DNA from: Phoronis australis
Taxonomy: Eukaryota > Animalia > Phoronida
Assembly (NCBI GenBank): GCA_002633005.1
Contig: NMRA01000216.1
Span: 468,441 to 532,440 of the forward strand
DNA length: 64,000 nt
Reading direction: 5' to 3'
The notes under the pieces were generated by a model. It saw nothing but the letters and a program-made list of their open reading frames with translations. It did no database searches and had not been told where the DNA came from. A program made the translations under genes and the position numbers. Shown here one piece after another: positions 1-12,778 of the stretch (its first letter is position 1; each line of letters begins with the position of its first letter).

Positions 1-651
1 AAATTTCAGATGTATGTCACATAGGTTATTAGCCAGCCTACTGTATTCATGTTATCAAAAATGTTGCCATGCGTAACAAAACAGCTGTATGATTACTGCC
101 TTTTTATTAAAATATCCATTAAATGTCTAGACTGTAACACCGGAGATCCTCTCCATAACTGCATCCACAACTCTTTGTGTTGTGTTCAATACAGGCAAAC
201 AGATTAAACAGAGGCAAGGAAATAGTAATAAGCAGGCATTTAGAGCCTTCCAATAACAAAATTATTAACCTTCCACATCTGATTTTACAAAATTAATGTG
301 TTGACTCTTATAAAAGTTTGATCGTTGCCATAATGTCAATACAGTTACAACTGCATATTACATGAAATAATAGCATAATGCCCACGCTTCAGCACGTCTG
401 AGGCTTAAGCTAATAGTTGTTTTCAAGCATATCATTTTTATGGAAGTTAGGGCTTAAAGGCATACTTGAAGAGCCTGAGAAAGCAAGGCCGGCCTTTACT
501 CTGATTTCCGAACCGTAATATCTCATCATTTTCAAGGATTTCAAATATCGTCAAGTATGCCCACGCTTTTAGTGAAAAAACTGCCAGTGCACAGTACATT
601 GCACAGTGCAGTGTACAGTACTTGAAAAAGGAAAAGCATTCATCTGGTGCT

Positions 652-2563
652 ATAGACAGTGATCGCCGTCTCTAGCTGGCCCGGTAGAGACAGTGGAGCT
701 CCTATAGGAGCTTGATACGCCAGAAGCTTTTCGGCGAATTATGCCTCACACTGACTAAAACATCAAAGTCAAGTTGTTATAAATACCTTTTGCGCATAGA
801 GGGACATCTTAGGAGGCCGTCAATGTATTCAATTCCTTCCAACTCAAAGAAATATTCCCGTTAATAAAATTTTTCTTCAAGCAGTCCCTCGTTCAGTTCC
901 CAAAATCGTTGCCATTTTTACACTGTGTACGCCAGGGGATATGATGTCATACCACCTGCCGCATTCATTGTTAAAAATGGCCAGTTACCGATTTTAGGAA
1001 CTGAACGAAGGACTGCTCGAAGAAAAAGCTTAACAACTGAAGTATTTCTTAGACTTGAAAGGAATACAAGAGCAAAGCAGAGCGTTGAAATGCGCCCACA
1101 ATTGCACCGTATACGGTATACTTCTAGGGTTGTTTATTGGTACCATAAAGTGGCCAGTAGAGGGCATATATGTAGTATGTTGTACTTTGCAAAATGGAAA
1201 GGCATGGTCAATGGCTCCTCAATAGGCTACGGGCAAAATGTGAGTGATCTTCATAATACAAGCACATCCTATACATCAGTTGCTTAAAGCACAACAAAAA
1301 CATAGAATTAAAAACAAATTTACCACCATAAATTTAGTAAAGATCCTGCAAACGGTTTGGGAGATACAGCCATGGGCAGAAAAAAAAACTGCCACTAGGA
1401 GGCGCCACAGTAATCAAAGTCATGGGAAATTCAGCGTCAACCGTCCTCTTCATAGTAAGAACATACATGCCCAATTTTCACAATCATACTTAGAGCAGTT
1501 TGGTTGATAGAGGGGTGGACGCAAAAAAACAGACTCAAAAACAGTAAAAATGGCTACTGCGTGTCGCAAACTAGGTCGAATCCATCCGAAAACGGGAGGA
1601 TAGCATCATCGCACTAATAGGTGCCTACATACCAAATTTCATGAAAATCCGTTAAGGACTTTTGAAGATACAAAGGTAAGCATAAAAATTAAATTGCCAC
1701 TAGGGGGCACACCGGTAGTCGGATCCGTCCAAAAGTCGTCATCTTCTGTTGTTAACATCATATAAATATACTTACACAATTTCGTAAAGATCCTGCGTAC
1801 GGTTTAGGAGATACAGCCATAGGCGCAAAAAAACAAAACTGCCACTAGGAGGCGCCACAGTCATCGAAATCGTCGGAAAATCATCGTCAACCATCCTCTA
1901 CATAGTTATCATATACATGCAAATTTTCACAATCATCCTTTGAGCGGTTTGGTTGATAGAGGGGTGGACGCACAAAAACAGACTCGAAAACACTAAAAAT
2001 GGCCACTAGGTGGCGCAAACTTTGTCGAATCCATCTGAAAACGGGAGAATAGCGTCATCTCACTAATAGGTGCCTACATACCAAATTTTATGAAAATCCG
2101 TTCAGGACTTTTGAAGATACAAAGGTAAGCGTAAAAAAACTAAAATTGCCACTAGGGGACACACCGGTAGTCGGATCCGTCCAAAAGTTCGCACATGCCG
2201 TCCCATTCATGAATGGAACATATGTGACAAATTTCATGAACGTATGTCAAAGGGTTTTGGAGATAGAGCAGCGGACGCCGGACGCCGGACGTACGCCGCC
2301 CGTACGGACGGACGGACGGACGGGCAGATGGACGGACGGAGATGACGGCATAATGCGTCTACATATAAATATGTGGGCGCATAAAAATACATTGGCAGCC
2401 TCCTCTGATGTCCTTCTATGCGTAAATGGTTTTTATAACAATGTGACTTTGATGTTTTAGTCACTGTAAGGCATAATTTGCCGAAAAGATTCCGGCGTAT
2501 GAAGCTCCTATAGGAGCTCCACTGTCTCCACTGGGCCAGGTACAGACGGTGATCACTGTTTAT
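652..2563. mobile_element. Fold-back (hairpin) MITE with ATAGAC termini and 7-bp TSD, right arm interrupted by a HINE
   Basis: 652-829 is the imperfect reverse complement of 2387-2563, and about 830-930 is the reverse complement of about 961-1065. Removing 1066-2386 leaves a palindrome of about 590 bp. TGGTGCT flanks both ends (645-651 and 2564-2570). Confidence 0.85.
1066..2386 (-). mobile_element. Non-autonomous Helentron-type element (HINE; DINE-1/pearl-like), family 1, full length
   Basis: Minus-strand order is T-run, subTIR ATGCGCCCACA with its local inverted partner (2353-2382), (GTCC)n microsatellite (about 2272-2340), tandem repeats of about 150 bp in a higher-order unit of about 451 bp, opposite subTIR (1090-1100), short stem-loop, then CTTGT end. 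Related copies occur at 27.4, 40.4 and 53.7 kb. Confidence 0.85.
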
Positions 2564-2741
2564 TGGTGCTACTGACATCTTTTGTGAAAAAAATCATACA
2601 ACAAAATTTCACTCGTCTACCATTATTAAGTCCTAAATTCGTACGATTTTACTATATTCGATACTCAACTCAAAAGTAACCTATTGCATGCATTCAATGT
2701 TCAGCGCAGCTAATTTTTAGATCAAACTTCGCCTATCTCAT

Positions 2742-2992
2742 ATACCCTGTTCACACCAAAGCGGTTATAACGTTACTTTTAAAATTAAGTTAAAGGTTCT
2801 TTGTCAGAACTTTTTAAACTGGTTTTTAAAAGTTGTAATTGTAGCGCGGCAACTAAATCCTATGAGAGGGTAGCTTAGCTAGAAAATATAACCACTGTAT
2901 CTCCGTGTGAACACAGGCACTACTGAGTTGTAAAACTTATATAACTTTGTAGGTGGCGCTACAGTCAAATCTCCCGGAAACAATGGTGCATG
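2742..2992 (+). repeat. Dispersed repeat, probable PIF/Harbinger-like MITE fragment
   Basis: Begins ATACCCTGTTCACACCAAAGC and aligns by eye with 26851-27068 (ATACCCCGTTCATACCAAAGC...). Confidence 0.5.
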
Positions 2993-4774
2993 GAAACACT
3001 AACTGGAGTGAATCAGATAGTGACTAGCCACTAAAACCACACAACAGGATAACAATAGGTACAAATGTGGTGCGAATGGTAACAATTACATAACATAGAT
3101 TGAGTACAACCAGGCTTGGTTGGTTTGAGCACAGCAATAATCTGTGGTTGGTCACACACCCAGCATCTGTCAGTGAATCCATTGTTAGGCTGTGCTCAGT
3201 TTCCTTCAGTCAACAGGGTAATTATCATCAGAATACACATGTGGTGGTAGTGGTGGTGATGGTGGTGGGTTATCCACATTCTTTCCAGCATAGCTGCTAT
3301 TGTGAGTTAGTTAGGCCTATAATTAGCTGATAAGCCATGCTGGAAACTACTTTCCAATGAATAGTTCAAGGCTTGGGTTTTTGTTGATAAAATCAGTATT
3401 ACTTGACCAATTTTGAAAATTCAAGCACCAACATAGTCTAATTTTTATTCCTCTTTTCAGTTTTCCTGGTCTCCATCCGTTTCCATGTCCCAAAAAGAAA
3501 ATGAAAAATAGAGCCTGAATGCTTTTATAAGCCTTCTATTTAGAAGTGATGTGATAAGGAACAGTAATTTTCCTATCTGAACCTCCTTGTGAATAGTCAT
3601 GTTAATGATGATGACTAGTCCGCTAGTAAGACTGGAATGTGGATAGAACTGGTCAGGCACAACAGCTTTGGAGAAATTCAAAAGGTTCTTCAAATCAATC
3701 CTTATATCATATCGCTGATGGTTTTGACTATTTGTTTATGTTGATGCAGCACAGTTATTATGAGGCCAATTTTATGAGAGTAAAAGGTCTAATTCAATTT
3801 TCATTTTTTAGCCAGAAAAACAGGTGAAACGCAGCTTTAGTTTCAAGTCTGAATCTGAATCAACACTGAGATATTGAGACTAGGTCCTGGGCCCAGGTGT
3901 CACAACTGCGCATAATCCATTCAGTTACATCATTTTCAAGTATCAAGATTAAATCACTCTAAGGACTTCAGCACAGCAAGACCACCATTTCACATATGGT
4001 CAGTTTCAAAGTCTATGAATAAATCATCTTCATATTACTGTAAACAGAATTTCACAAACTTAGACACAACTCAAGTCAAGTACCACAAATCTACCACCAG
4101 ACCGTATTATGGTGTTTTAGGTTTAAACCAATGATATCACTTGTCAGTTATGTACATTAGCATTTTACTATGAAGCCATTCCTATCACAAGCATACAGGT
4201 TTGCATGGACCAGATGACTTTCAGCACAACCATGGCAACAAACAACTCCAACTATGATAGGCATGAAACAAACATTGTCCGAAAATTTCAAGGTCAGAAC
4301 AGCAACTTTTGAATTCCTGCTTTTTACTACCTTGCCACATAAGAACCTGTAGGGTCCAATCTATGTACTTGAATCTTGACTAAAAATTTTACCAGTGCAC
4401 AACATAATTCAAGTAAACTTAAAAAATTGTACTCGAATGATGCCGCATGATTGGTTAACTTTCAAGTCAGAGTCAAGTCTGAGCCAGATTATGCATTAGG
4501 GCTCTACATCTTATTTCCCACTTGGATTACATAGAGCCACTTAATACCACAGTCCCTGGACTTCTTTGTGACTGGCTTTTTGTTTGTGGATTAAGGAACA
4601 GAGATGGATGTCAGTGATAACTGCTGCCTCATGAAAACATTCTATCTCGTTCATTTTAGACACTGCATCATTGCAAACTGAACCTTTTCAATGCGTAATC
4701 GGCAAAAATCTGTTAACTACAACAGAAGAAAAGAGAAATCTTTTTGGGGTCCAGTGCAACTGTTAGTCCTTTGT

Positions 4775-5270
4775 TCATGAGACAACTCCTACTCTTATAT
4801 TTGAGGTTTTGAAACTTGAGTGAGCCTAAGCCAGACTGTGACTTAAACCTAATCAATTCACAAATTAATGCGCGTGGCTCAGCTGTGAGGCTGAACAAAA
4901 CCTTTTCTCTAATTTCTCTGATAATGCATCGATTTTAAAAATTCAAAGATGGCTACTATTTACTTTTCAATTTAAAAAACAGTCATTTGCCTTACTTATT
5001 TTTTTTCTTTTTACTTTGAAACACGTAGGCTAAACAAGCATGTTGGTTTATGACGGCAATTACCTCATCCAGCACGTTCAGCCAAGCCCATAAATAGCAC
5101 TAGTACACTTCAATCTGTGACGACACCATCAAGCCTTTGATATGCCGAGGACTTCAATGGATACCCTGGGGGTAAGTGCATGCTTTTTCATCCACTTGCA
5201 TGCAAATCTTGTTAGCCTACGATTTCCCTTATGTGATATGTCTCAACCTCTGCTGTGTAACTTGCCTAAT
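4775..5270 (+). mobile_element. Dispersed repeat family C (about 460-500 bp, short imperfect TIR), copy 1
   Basis: Shares blocks such as AAGCCAGACTGTGACT, ATGCATCGATTTTAAAATTCAAAGATGGCT and CCATCAAGCCTTTGAT with 5311-5776, 19045-19435 and 39885-40360. Ends resemble CTACGCTAACA / TGTTAGCGTAAG. Confidence 0.75.
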
Positions 5271-5310
5271 AAGCAATACAATAGGAGACTTGAATTGTGA
5301 GTACGGTACC

Positions 5311-5776
5311 ATGATTCAACTCCTACGCTAACACTTGGGGCTTGTTATCCCAACGCTTTAGCGAGCTTAAGCCAGACTGTGACTAACCCGTTCTAATAAA
5401 ATCACAAATTAATGCTCGTGGCTTAGCCGTGATGCTGAAGAAAACCTATTCGCTAATTTCTCTTACAATGCATCGATTTTAAAATTCAAAGATGGCTACC
5501 ATTTATTTTTCAATTTTAAAAAGAGTGGCAACGGTCATTTTCCTTTACTTAATGTTCGTTTTTTGACTTTGAAACTACTGCTAAACAGGCGCGTTGGTTT
5601 ACGACCGCAATCATCTCCTCAGCCAAGCCTATGTATTGCAACTAGCTCACTTCAGTCCGTGACGGCGCCATCAAGCCTTTGATATGCCGAGGAATTTGTT
5701 GCATACTCTGAGGAAAACAGTGCATGCTTTCTCTTTCACTTGCATGCAAATCCTGTTGGCATAAGAATTGCCTAAT
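5311..5776 (+). mobile_element. Dispersed repeat family C, copy 2 (tandem to copy 1)
   Basis: Colinear similarity to 4775-5270 and 39885-40360. Confidence 0.75.
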
Positions 5777-6755
5777 ACACCACTCTTCAGAGTGATGATA
5801 ATACCCCCAAAACAATGCAGTGAAATTTGAATGATTTTTAGAATTACCATTTCTTAGAATAATATATATGAAACAAAGCACTTTTTATTTAGAGGACTTA
5901 ACAAAATTGGACTCAACTTCATGGATTACACAAATAACCAAGTTATGGGTTTGGCAATAATGGACAGGCCCTTAAGTTTGTTATTGCTTTGTCACCACAC
6001 ATGGCTGGATAGAAGTAATAGCCATATGGCAGATTCAGTGACTAAACCCCAGCTGGCGGAATCACTATTAGCTGGATACATTGCAACTTAACTTAGAACT
6101 GCAGTGTACACAAAACTGTAGCTAAGTGTTGAGCAATCGAATAATGAACACAGTGGAAAATCAGAAAGATTTTTTGTTCAGCAAATAAAATAAGCTTGAG
6201 AAATCTCTGCAAGAAATATCTTTCGACTGTGTAGAGCTCACGACAAGATCGTAGCAGCATATCTCGAGAACGATTAATGTAAGAACCATACCATTCTGTT
6301 TAATATGAGCACCTTACCTGTAACCTGAAGCCTCTCTGAGTCCACAGGCTACAGTTATAACATTTACCTGGAGATAAAGCACCTGATCGCAGTACACTGC
6401 CAATAGACTGAAGGAAATAAGGGTACCAGTAGACTAGAGTTAAAATAAAACTTAATTGAAAAACAAGGACAACACTAGTGTCTTGCGGAGAAGTGATGGC
6501 TAACAGACAGACGCAGCAGTTATTCAGTGTGTTACTTTTCAAAAAAGCAGTCGCCTATCTAGAGTCAATTCCGCAGTAATACGCCCCTTGGGAAACATGA
6601 AACTACCCACTGGTTTGCACGGTAACACAGTTAATTAGCGACCATGATGTGTTTATGACGCACTCAATTACAGTTACAAGCGTGGAGCATGAAAATTGTA
6701 AAATACATTGCTTTGAAGCCTATCAAGGAAAATGGGGATAATTGGAAGATTTTAA

Positions 6756-7215
6756 GGTTATGTAGGAACGTACTGACAAGACTGTATTTAGCGGAATATC
6801 TACAAAATCATAGATTTTAATTTAGTAAAAGTATATATATGGGAAAGTTAGCACAAAGAATGAAATTTTTTAAACTTTCTAATGCTCTGTGATTAATTTA
6901 GCAAAAACAAAAAGGTACATTGATAATAGCAAAACAGTGGTATCAATAACATGACCCAATTTTATTTGATATAAATGTTCACAACATCTTAAAAACGCTG
7001 TTACAGTTTTCTAAAATATCCTTTCCCTTTCATTTTACGCAACTTTGGATCCTTTTTCATGAAAAGCATAAAAGTCCGTTATTTAACAATTCCTAACAGT
7101 GTTTTGGACAACAGTGCATAAAGCACAGTACCTGAATATGATGAGTCATTTCTGAGACACAGTAATATGACAAACTATAGCCAAACTTGGAAATTTTCTT
7201 AAATCATGCATAAGC
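6756..7215 (+). mobile_element. Non-autonomous DNA transposon with TTAA flanks (Kolobok-like), family K
   Basis: TTAA|GGTTATGTAGG ... CATGCATAAGC|TTAA. The interior is shared with 16725-17231, 48055-48215, 55060-55232 and 58362-59340. TTAA TSD with purine-purine termini is the Kolobok pattern. Confidence 0.6.
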
Positions 7216-7974
7216 TTAACTGAGAAATATGTGAAAAGCCCTTGCAATGACTCAGGATCTGAAAAAACATATCATTCATCCGATAATGACTGAATAAACA
7301 ATGTGCGTAAAATTTAAATGTTGTAAGTAAATTACAAAACTATAATCAAAACATAGATGGTACAGAAAACAGCATGCTTTATTATTGATATTTGTTTATT
7401 ATAGGTAATTTACTTTGGAGACAAATGAGCCAAGCCTGTAGGAACAAAACTGTGGTAGAATCTGTTAAGAGACACTAATTATCTTCAATTACGAATGGCA
7501 TTATGATCTTCTATTTTCAATGAGAAATGTGACAAAACAAAAATTTCTAATTTAAAAAAAAATAGATTACCAGTGTACTACGTGTTTAAAAATGGAATAT
7601 CGCAATTAAATTTCAAAACTTCAAAAAAAATTTACCGTGCAATTCTATCAATGATTATTATTAATCAAAAAGAGATATTGTCCTCATGGCCTAGACAATT
7701 TTGCTTAGTATTCACTTCAAGGACAACATCAATGAAGTCATCTAAGTGTAAAGAGATCACTTTCTGCTGGTACCATACTAATTTCCAATAACAACATCAC
7801 ACTGTCATGAAACACTACACAGGAGACAGCACTTCAAGACAAACAAGCAACTTCACAATCTGCAAGGGACAATCTCCAGTGCTAACCAAAAAATCAGCAG
7901 ATTAGGGATGACAGACTGCCTGTGGGAGTGTGGGTTAATATTCCTGTACCATGATACAGTTGAACTTTAGTAAC

Positions 7975-8204
7975 CAGAGGCGGATCTACAGGGGGGTTCA
8001 GGGGGTTCAAACCCCCCCTAGGGACAGGATCAAAAATAAAACTTGAAAAAAAAATTCACCAGAAAAGTGAAATCAGCTACTAAAAACCACAAAAAATCTT
8101 ACACGGGAGGAGGGAAACCCCCTCCCGACCTTCCTTCGCCGCTATGCACCTCAGATTCGCTCGAATCCTAAACACCCCTTACTGAAAACGTAGATCTGCC
8201 ACTG
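7975..8204. mobile_element. MITE with CAGWGGCRGATCTAC TIRs and 5-bp TSD (hAT-like)
   Basis: TIRs are CAGAGGCGGATCTAC and GTAGATCTGCCACTG. GTAAC is duplicated at 7970-7974 and 8205-8209. Confidence 0.85.
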
Positions 8205-9456
8205 GTAACAGTACAACTGTTAAGACCCCCCCACAACACACTACCTGATATATAATCACTATCTGTAAGTTATCAGCTCACTACTCCTGGCTATTACTCA
8301 CAAAAAACCCTCACATACAGTTACTTAGTCGATGCACCTGGCCCAGATCAAGCAAAGTAATTCCACTTCATTGGGTATCATCTCATCAATTTTGAACAAA
8401 AATAATTGGCAAAACTATCTTTTTTGAAGGTCATCTAATGTTGTTGTGAATGCCTAAAATTTTTCAAAATATTTTCTGACCTTAGTTACGGTACAGAACT
8501 TGAACATGGTAAATTATTAATCTGATGTCAGCATCTTTTATGATAATGGGAGATTAAAATTTCGCTTTGTCGCCCTCATGCTGATGGTATTGTAATTGGC
8601 CGTCTTGCACATATAACACCTTCAGATGGTGAGATCTGCTCCACTCTGTGAGAACCAGTCATACAGTTTTATGTTTGTACACCTTGGAACACTTTCTAAG
8701 ACAAATGTCTGTTTAAATTCTCTCCAGATAACCTGATGCAACTCGGTATCTGAGATGAGTGAAGACATAAACTGACCATGACAGACTCNCTCCCGACCTT
8801 CCTTCGGCGCTACGCACCTCAGATTCGCTCGAATCCTAAACACCCCTTACTGAAAACGTAGATCTGCCACTGGTAACAGTACAACTGTTAAGACCTCCCC
8901 ACAACACACTACCTGATATATAATCACTATCTGTAAGTTATCAGCTCACTACTCCTGGCTATTACTCACAAAAAATCCTCACATACAGTTAATTAGTCGA
9001 TGCACCTGGCCCAGATCAAGCAAAGTAATTCCACTTCATTGGGTATCATCTCATCAATTTTGAACAAAAATAATTGGCAAAACTACCTTTTTTGAAGGTC
9101 ATCTAATGTTGTTGTGAATGCCTAAAATTTTTCAAAATATTTTCTGACCTTAGTTACGGTACAGAACTTGAACATGGTAAATTATTAATCTGATGTCAGC
9201 ATCTTTTATGATAATGGGAGATTAAAATTTCGCTTTGTCGCCCTCATGCTGATGGTATTGTAATTGGCCGTCTTGCACATATAACACCTTCAGATGGTGA
9301 GATCTGCTCCACTCTGTGAGAACAAGTCATACAGTTTTATGTTTGTACACCTTGGAACACTTTCTAAGACAAATGTCTGTTTAAATTCTCTCCAGATAAC
9401 CTGATGCAACTCGGTATCTGAGATGAGTGAAGACATAAACTGACCATGACAGACTC
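8122..9456 (+). other. Near-identical 667-bp direct duplication across a single N (probable haplotype-overlap assembly artefact)
   Basis: 8122-8788 matches 8790-9456 apart from a few substitutions, and the junction is exactly the N at 8789. Confidence 0.85.
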
Positions 9457-9846
9457 AGTCTGAAACAACAACATAATACCAGGCATTTCATACCAACTTT
9501 ACAGCAGATTTACAACACACGGGGATCTTTAGAAGCCTTCAGTGTTAATACAGTAAGCCGCCATTTAGTTTGAAGCCCACATTTGAGAGTAATAGGTGTT
9601 ACTACAATTATTATTATAAATACAAAAGATCCAATTTAAGTGTTACCATTTTACCATTGACTGACCCCCACCCCCACTGAAGCCTCAACCTTAGCGTCAG
9701 TCAGAAAGGCATTCTTGAATTGTTTACCGCTAATTATCTTTCAGTTTCATTAGTTCACGGATATCCACACAGACAGGTTCAATAGGTAGCATAGTCAAGA
9801 TTTTCAGAAGGCTTTTTAGGCAATGGTCCGTAACTGCAGGTATGTA

Positions 9847-10096
9847 TGGTAAAATCTCACCAATTCAAACAACACTCATTGACAAAAGTACACAGCTTTC
9901 ATTTTCCATGAGCTTCTGCCATTGTTGAGGTGGCCTGTATTTTTTCAAAATATTATCTGTCGGTAGCTACCGTACATCAGAGGACTTAAATATGGCAAAG
10001 CACTATTTTAGTACCATGTGTCTTTTAATTAAAAGTGAGAAAATATAATTTCACCTGTCCCGACATATCGTGACCTAAAGTGATGAGATTTTACCG
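9847..10096. mobile_element. MITE with GGTAAAATCTCA TIRs
   Basis: TGGTAAAATCTCACC ... ATGAGATTTTACCG. The same TIR pair bounds 48292-48509, and a lone end lies near 51275-51292. Confidence 0.6.
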
Positions 10097-11962
10097 TGTC
10101 AAAACCCACCTGTCCTCTTGCAACCACTTTTCCTTGATGCAACCGCCAACTTCTGTTCCAATTTATCAAATCCCCATCCACTTTCTACTGATCACCTGCT
10201 GCAACTGAGCTTGTGTGTTACAGAAGATCTGACCTCACAACTAAACCATTACAGATGGTGCATAAACAGGGGATCAAGACACTGATTTATGCCAGCCACA
10301 AGCACCATAACCACCCACTCAGTGGTCTGGATGAGATGGTCACCACACTCACAACAGTCTAGTCACCACTGGGAGTCAACCACAAGCAGAGAACTGATTG
10401 GCAAGTTCCTGGTGATGTCACCATATCCAGCCAGCAGTGTCTGGATTTCCCAGACTACTTATAGCTGGCAATTATCTAGACAAATTGACAATTATTAACT
10501 GCTCTCTTATAGTCAAACACTAAAGTATTAGCCATCGGCTCCAGGTAATCTTCATCTAAATCAATACTTGTCATTGAACAGGTATGGTCTGAGCATCAAA
10601 AATGATGACAGTGCATGATTTAACAAAAAAACATCATTCTTTTGTAGCCTTTCTTACCTAGACAATTGTGCCATCTAGTTTCTGCAAAGTTGTGGTGACC
10701 ATAAATAATGTAACTTGAATCACATCAAGGTTTCAATAATGCAGGATCTCATTCTCTGAAGCTCAGGCATTGGAACTATTATCACCAACCAAAACATTTA
10801 AATGAGTGGACAAGCTCTTATACAGAAATAATGGTGTCTCCACATAAAGAATGACTCAACTTTGGGACCCTCACTATTCAGTGAAAAAGGAATGAAGCCT
10901 AACCATTACCTACATCCCATGCAGGCAAACAAGCTGTGCTAAACACACACATCAGTTTAAATATTATTCATGATTGGAAATAAAGTAGTATTAAGGGTCC
11001 GGTTTCACCTCCACCTCGCCAACATTCTAAAAGGGTTAGTAACCTAATTTCCCAGAGTCATCTGCCCCTCCCCCAACACAGATATAGTGGAGTTATGACC
11101 CTTCCCCCAGGGCAAAGGGCCCACGCTTCACCGAGTTCAATACCCACTGGGTTGTGACATTATTTGGACATGAACTGCAGCCAATGGTGCACTGAAAGCA
11201 CATACAAGAATAAAGGTGTGCCAAGATACCAAGACACCTGTCTGTCATCGATACACTCACCTGGTCAGGATACATACCATGGAGTGCAAATACCAAACTG
11301 ACAAACTAGACTAATAATCTGCTCTAATACCAGGTAAAGTTGTGCAATGCTATGTAATGTCAACAACAGCATTACGTAAGCGGGACAAGCATGTGAAGAT
11401 CTTCTGAGCCAGAGTTACCACACAATTCACACAAGTTCCGTTGAATTCACGCAAAGGCATCAACTTTTTCAGTCAAACAATATAACGGTAGATAAAAAGT
11501 ATTACAAATACCCTTTGATTAGTATCAACTTCAGACGGCAGTATGGGGTTCCAAATGCAGATAACAATTTAGTTTAGAACTTTTCTGTGCGGCACCCGCC
11601 GGCTAGTGAGTTCTGTAGATTCAAGATTCGAGCAAAGGAAGTTAGTGTGATTACGGGCTTTGCTTGTTTTATGCGATCTTGCGAAGTCTTGTGTAATCTT
11701 GTGTTTTCATGTGGTTCTGACAATCTTTACGGAACAAATGCCAGGACTCGCGGAACTGGCAATCCACGTTTTTTCAGTCAGTTTGCCATGAATTAAACAC
11801 TGTTGCTGTAACTGCTTCATTCCAAACACAGCGCACTCAGATCACTGTTGAAGATATCGTTTTTGCATGTCATTTGAATGTTCTCTTAGGCATGCAATCT
11901 TATATGCTAAAAAATTACATAATTATACACAGGAATTCAGGGGCAGGGAGATGCCTACTACT

Positions 11963-12116
11963 AAGTCTGATTGGATTTCAGTAATCTACTGGTGGCTCTG
12001 ATGGCTCAGTGGACTAGAGCGTCTGCACGGTTAGCAGAGGGTCCTGGGTTCGAGTCCCGGTAGGGGCAGAAATCATTTCAGACTCGTATTCATCAGGTGG
12101 CGTGCTGACCAGATTT
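11963..12116 (+). mobile_element. tRNA-derived repeat (SINE-like head or pseudo-tRNA)
   Basis: A box TGGCTCAGTGG and B box GGTTCGAGTCC. The D stem (GCTC/GAGC), anticodon stem (TCTGC/GCAGA) and T stem can pair. The loop ACGGTTA lacks U33. A second copy is on the minus strand at 26641-26832. Confidence 0.75.
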
Positions 12117-12479
12117 AAAAATGTTTGGGAGATATGGAAAATTATAATTGTATGGTAAGCAAAGCTAGCACACAAGGATTGGGCAGTAGTATCTCATGGG
12201 AGAAGGTTTTCAATCAATCACTGTTTTCCCAGTCACTGTATGACTTAAAGCATGTGACAAAGACTGAAGAGCGAGTTCCAGTTATTATTATTTTATCAAG
12301 AGTTAACCATTTCTTGTTACCAAATGAATACGTTGTGTTACACATTTTAAAGCGGAAACCATCCGTTTTTATGTTTCCTTTTGCCATTTTTCTGTGTTAA
12401 TTAATGTTCCCATGGCGTGTATTTACTGTCCATGAAACAAAAGGCAGCGAAACAAGCGTCATAAATTATGAATGAAATG

Positions 12480-12579
12480 GGAGCTGACAGCTCACACCCA
12501 GGTGAGAACAATTTAATGAATTATTGACTTGTTCATTCCATTGATGTATTTTCACACCTTGGCGTGAGCTGTCAGCTCA
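12480..12579. mobile_element. Small hairpin MITE
   Basis: GAGCTGACAGCTCACACCCAGGTG is inverted as CACCTTGGCGTGAGCTGTCAGCTC about 100 bp away. Confidence 0.65.
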
Positions 12580-12654
12580 GCTATGGTTCACTTGAGGCAC
12601 ACAGCTCACCTCCAAGGTATCCCTCTGCGCTGTCCTTAAACGGACAGCCAAGGC

Positions 12655-12778
12655 ACGTGTCTTGGTTCTGCATTCACTTCTATTGAGCAAACATGAATGA
12701 CCGACATAGATTGTGTTTGAAAGCGAGTTGGACATCGCATGGGCTTGTGCAACAGTGAATGCAGAACCAGGCATGGGT
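12655..12778. repeat. Inverted repeat
   Basis: TGGTTCTGCATTCACT pairs with AGTGAATGCAGAACCA. Confidence 0.6.

Noticed and set aside
1300-2200. Regularly spaced conserved motifs resembling a CRISPR array
   Set aside because: The sequences between motifs are themselves repeated (451-bp period), no cas genes are present, and the context is a eukaryotic HINE.
925-2578. ORFs of 87-120 aa in the first 2.6 kb
   Set aside because: They cross repeat boundaries and a microsatellite and show no protein motifs.
3030-11300. Cys-containing minus-strand frames near 3160, 6400 and 11240 as the second half of the LIM domain
   Set aside because: None combines a good acceptor, a phase-2 start with Cys, and C-x16-21-C-x2-[CHD] spacing. 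The exon is probably outside the window.
11995-12068. Functional tRNA gene
   Set aside because: The anticodon loop lacks U33, the acceptor stem is mismatched, and the second copy differs in the loop. It is better explained as a tRNA-derived repeat.
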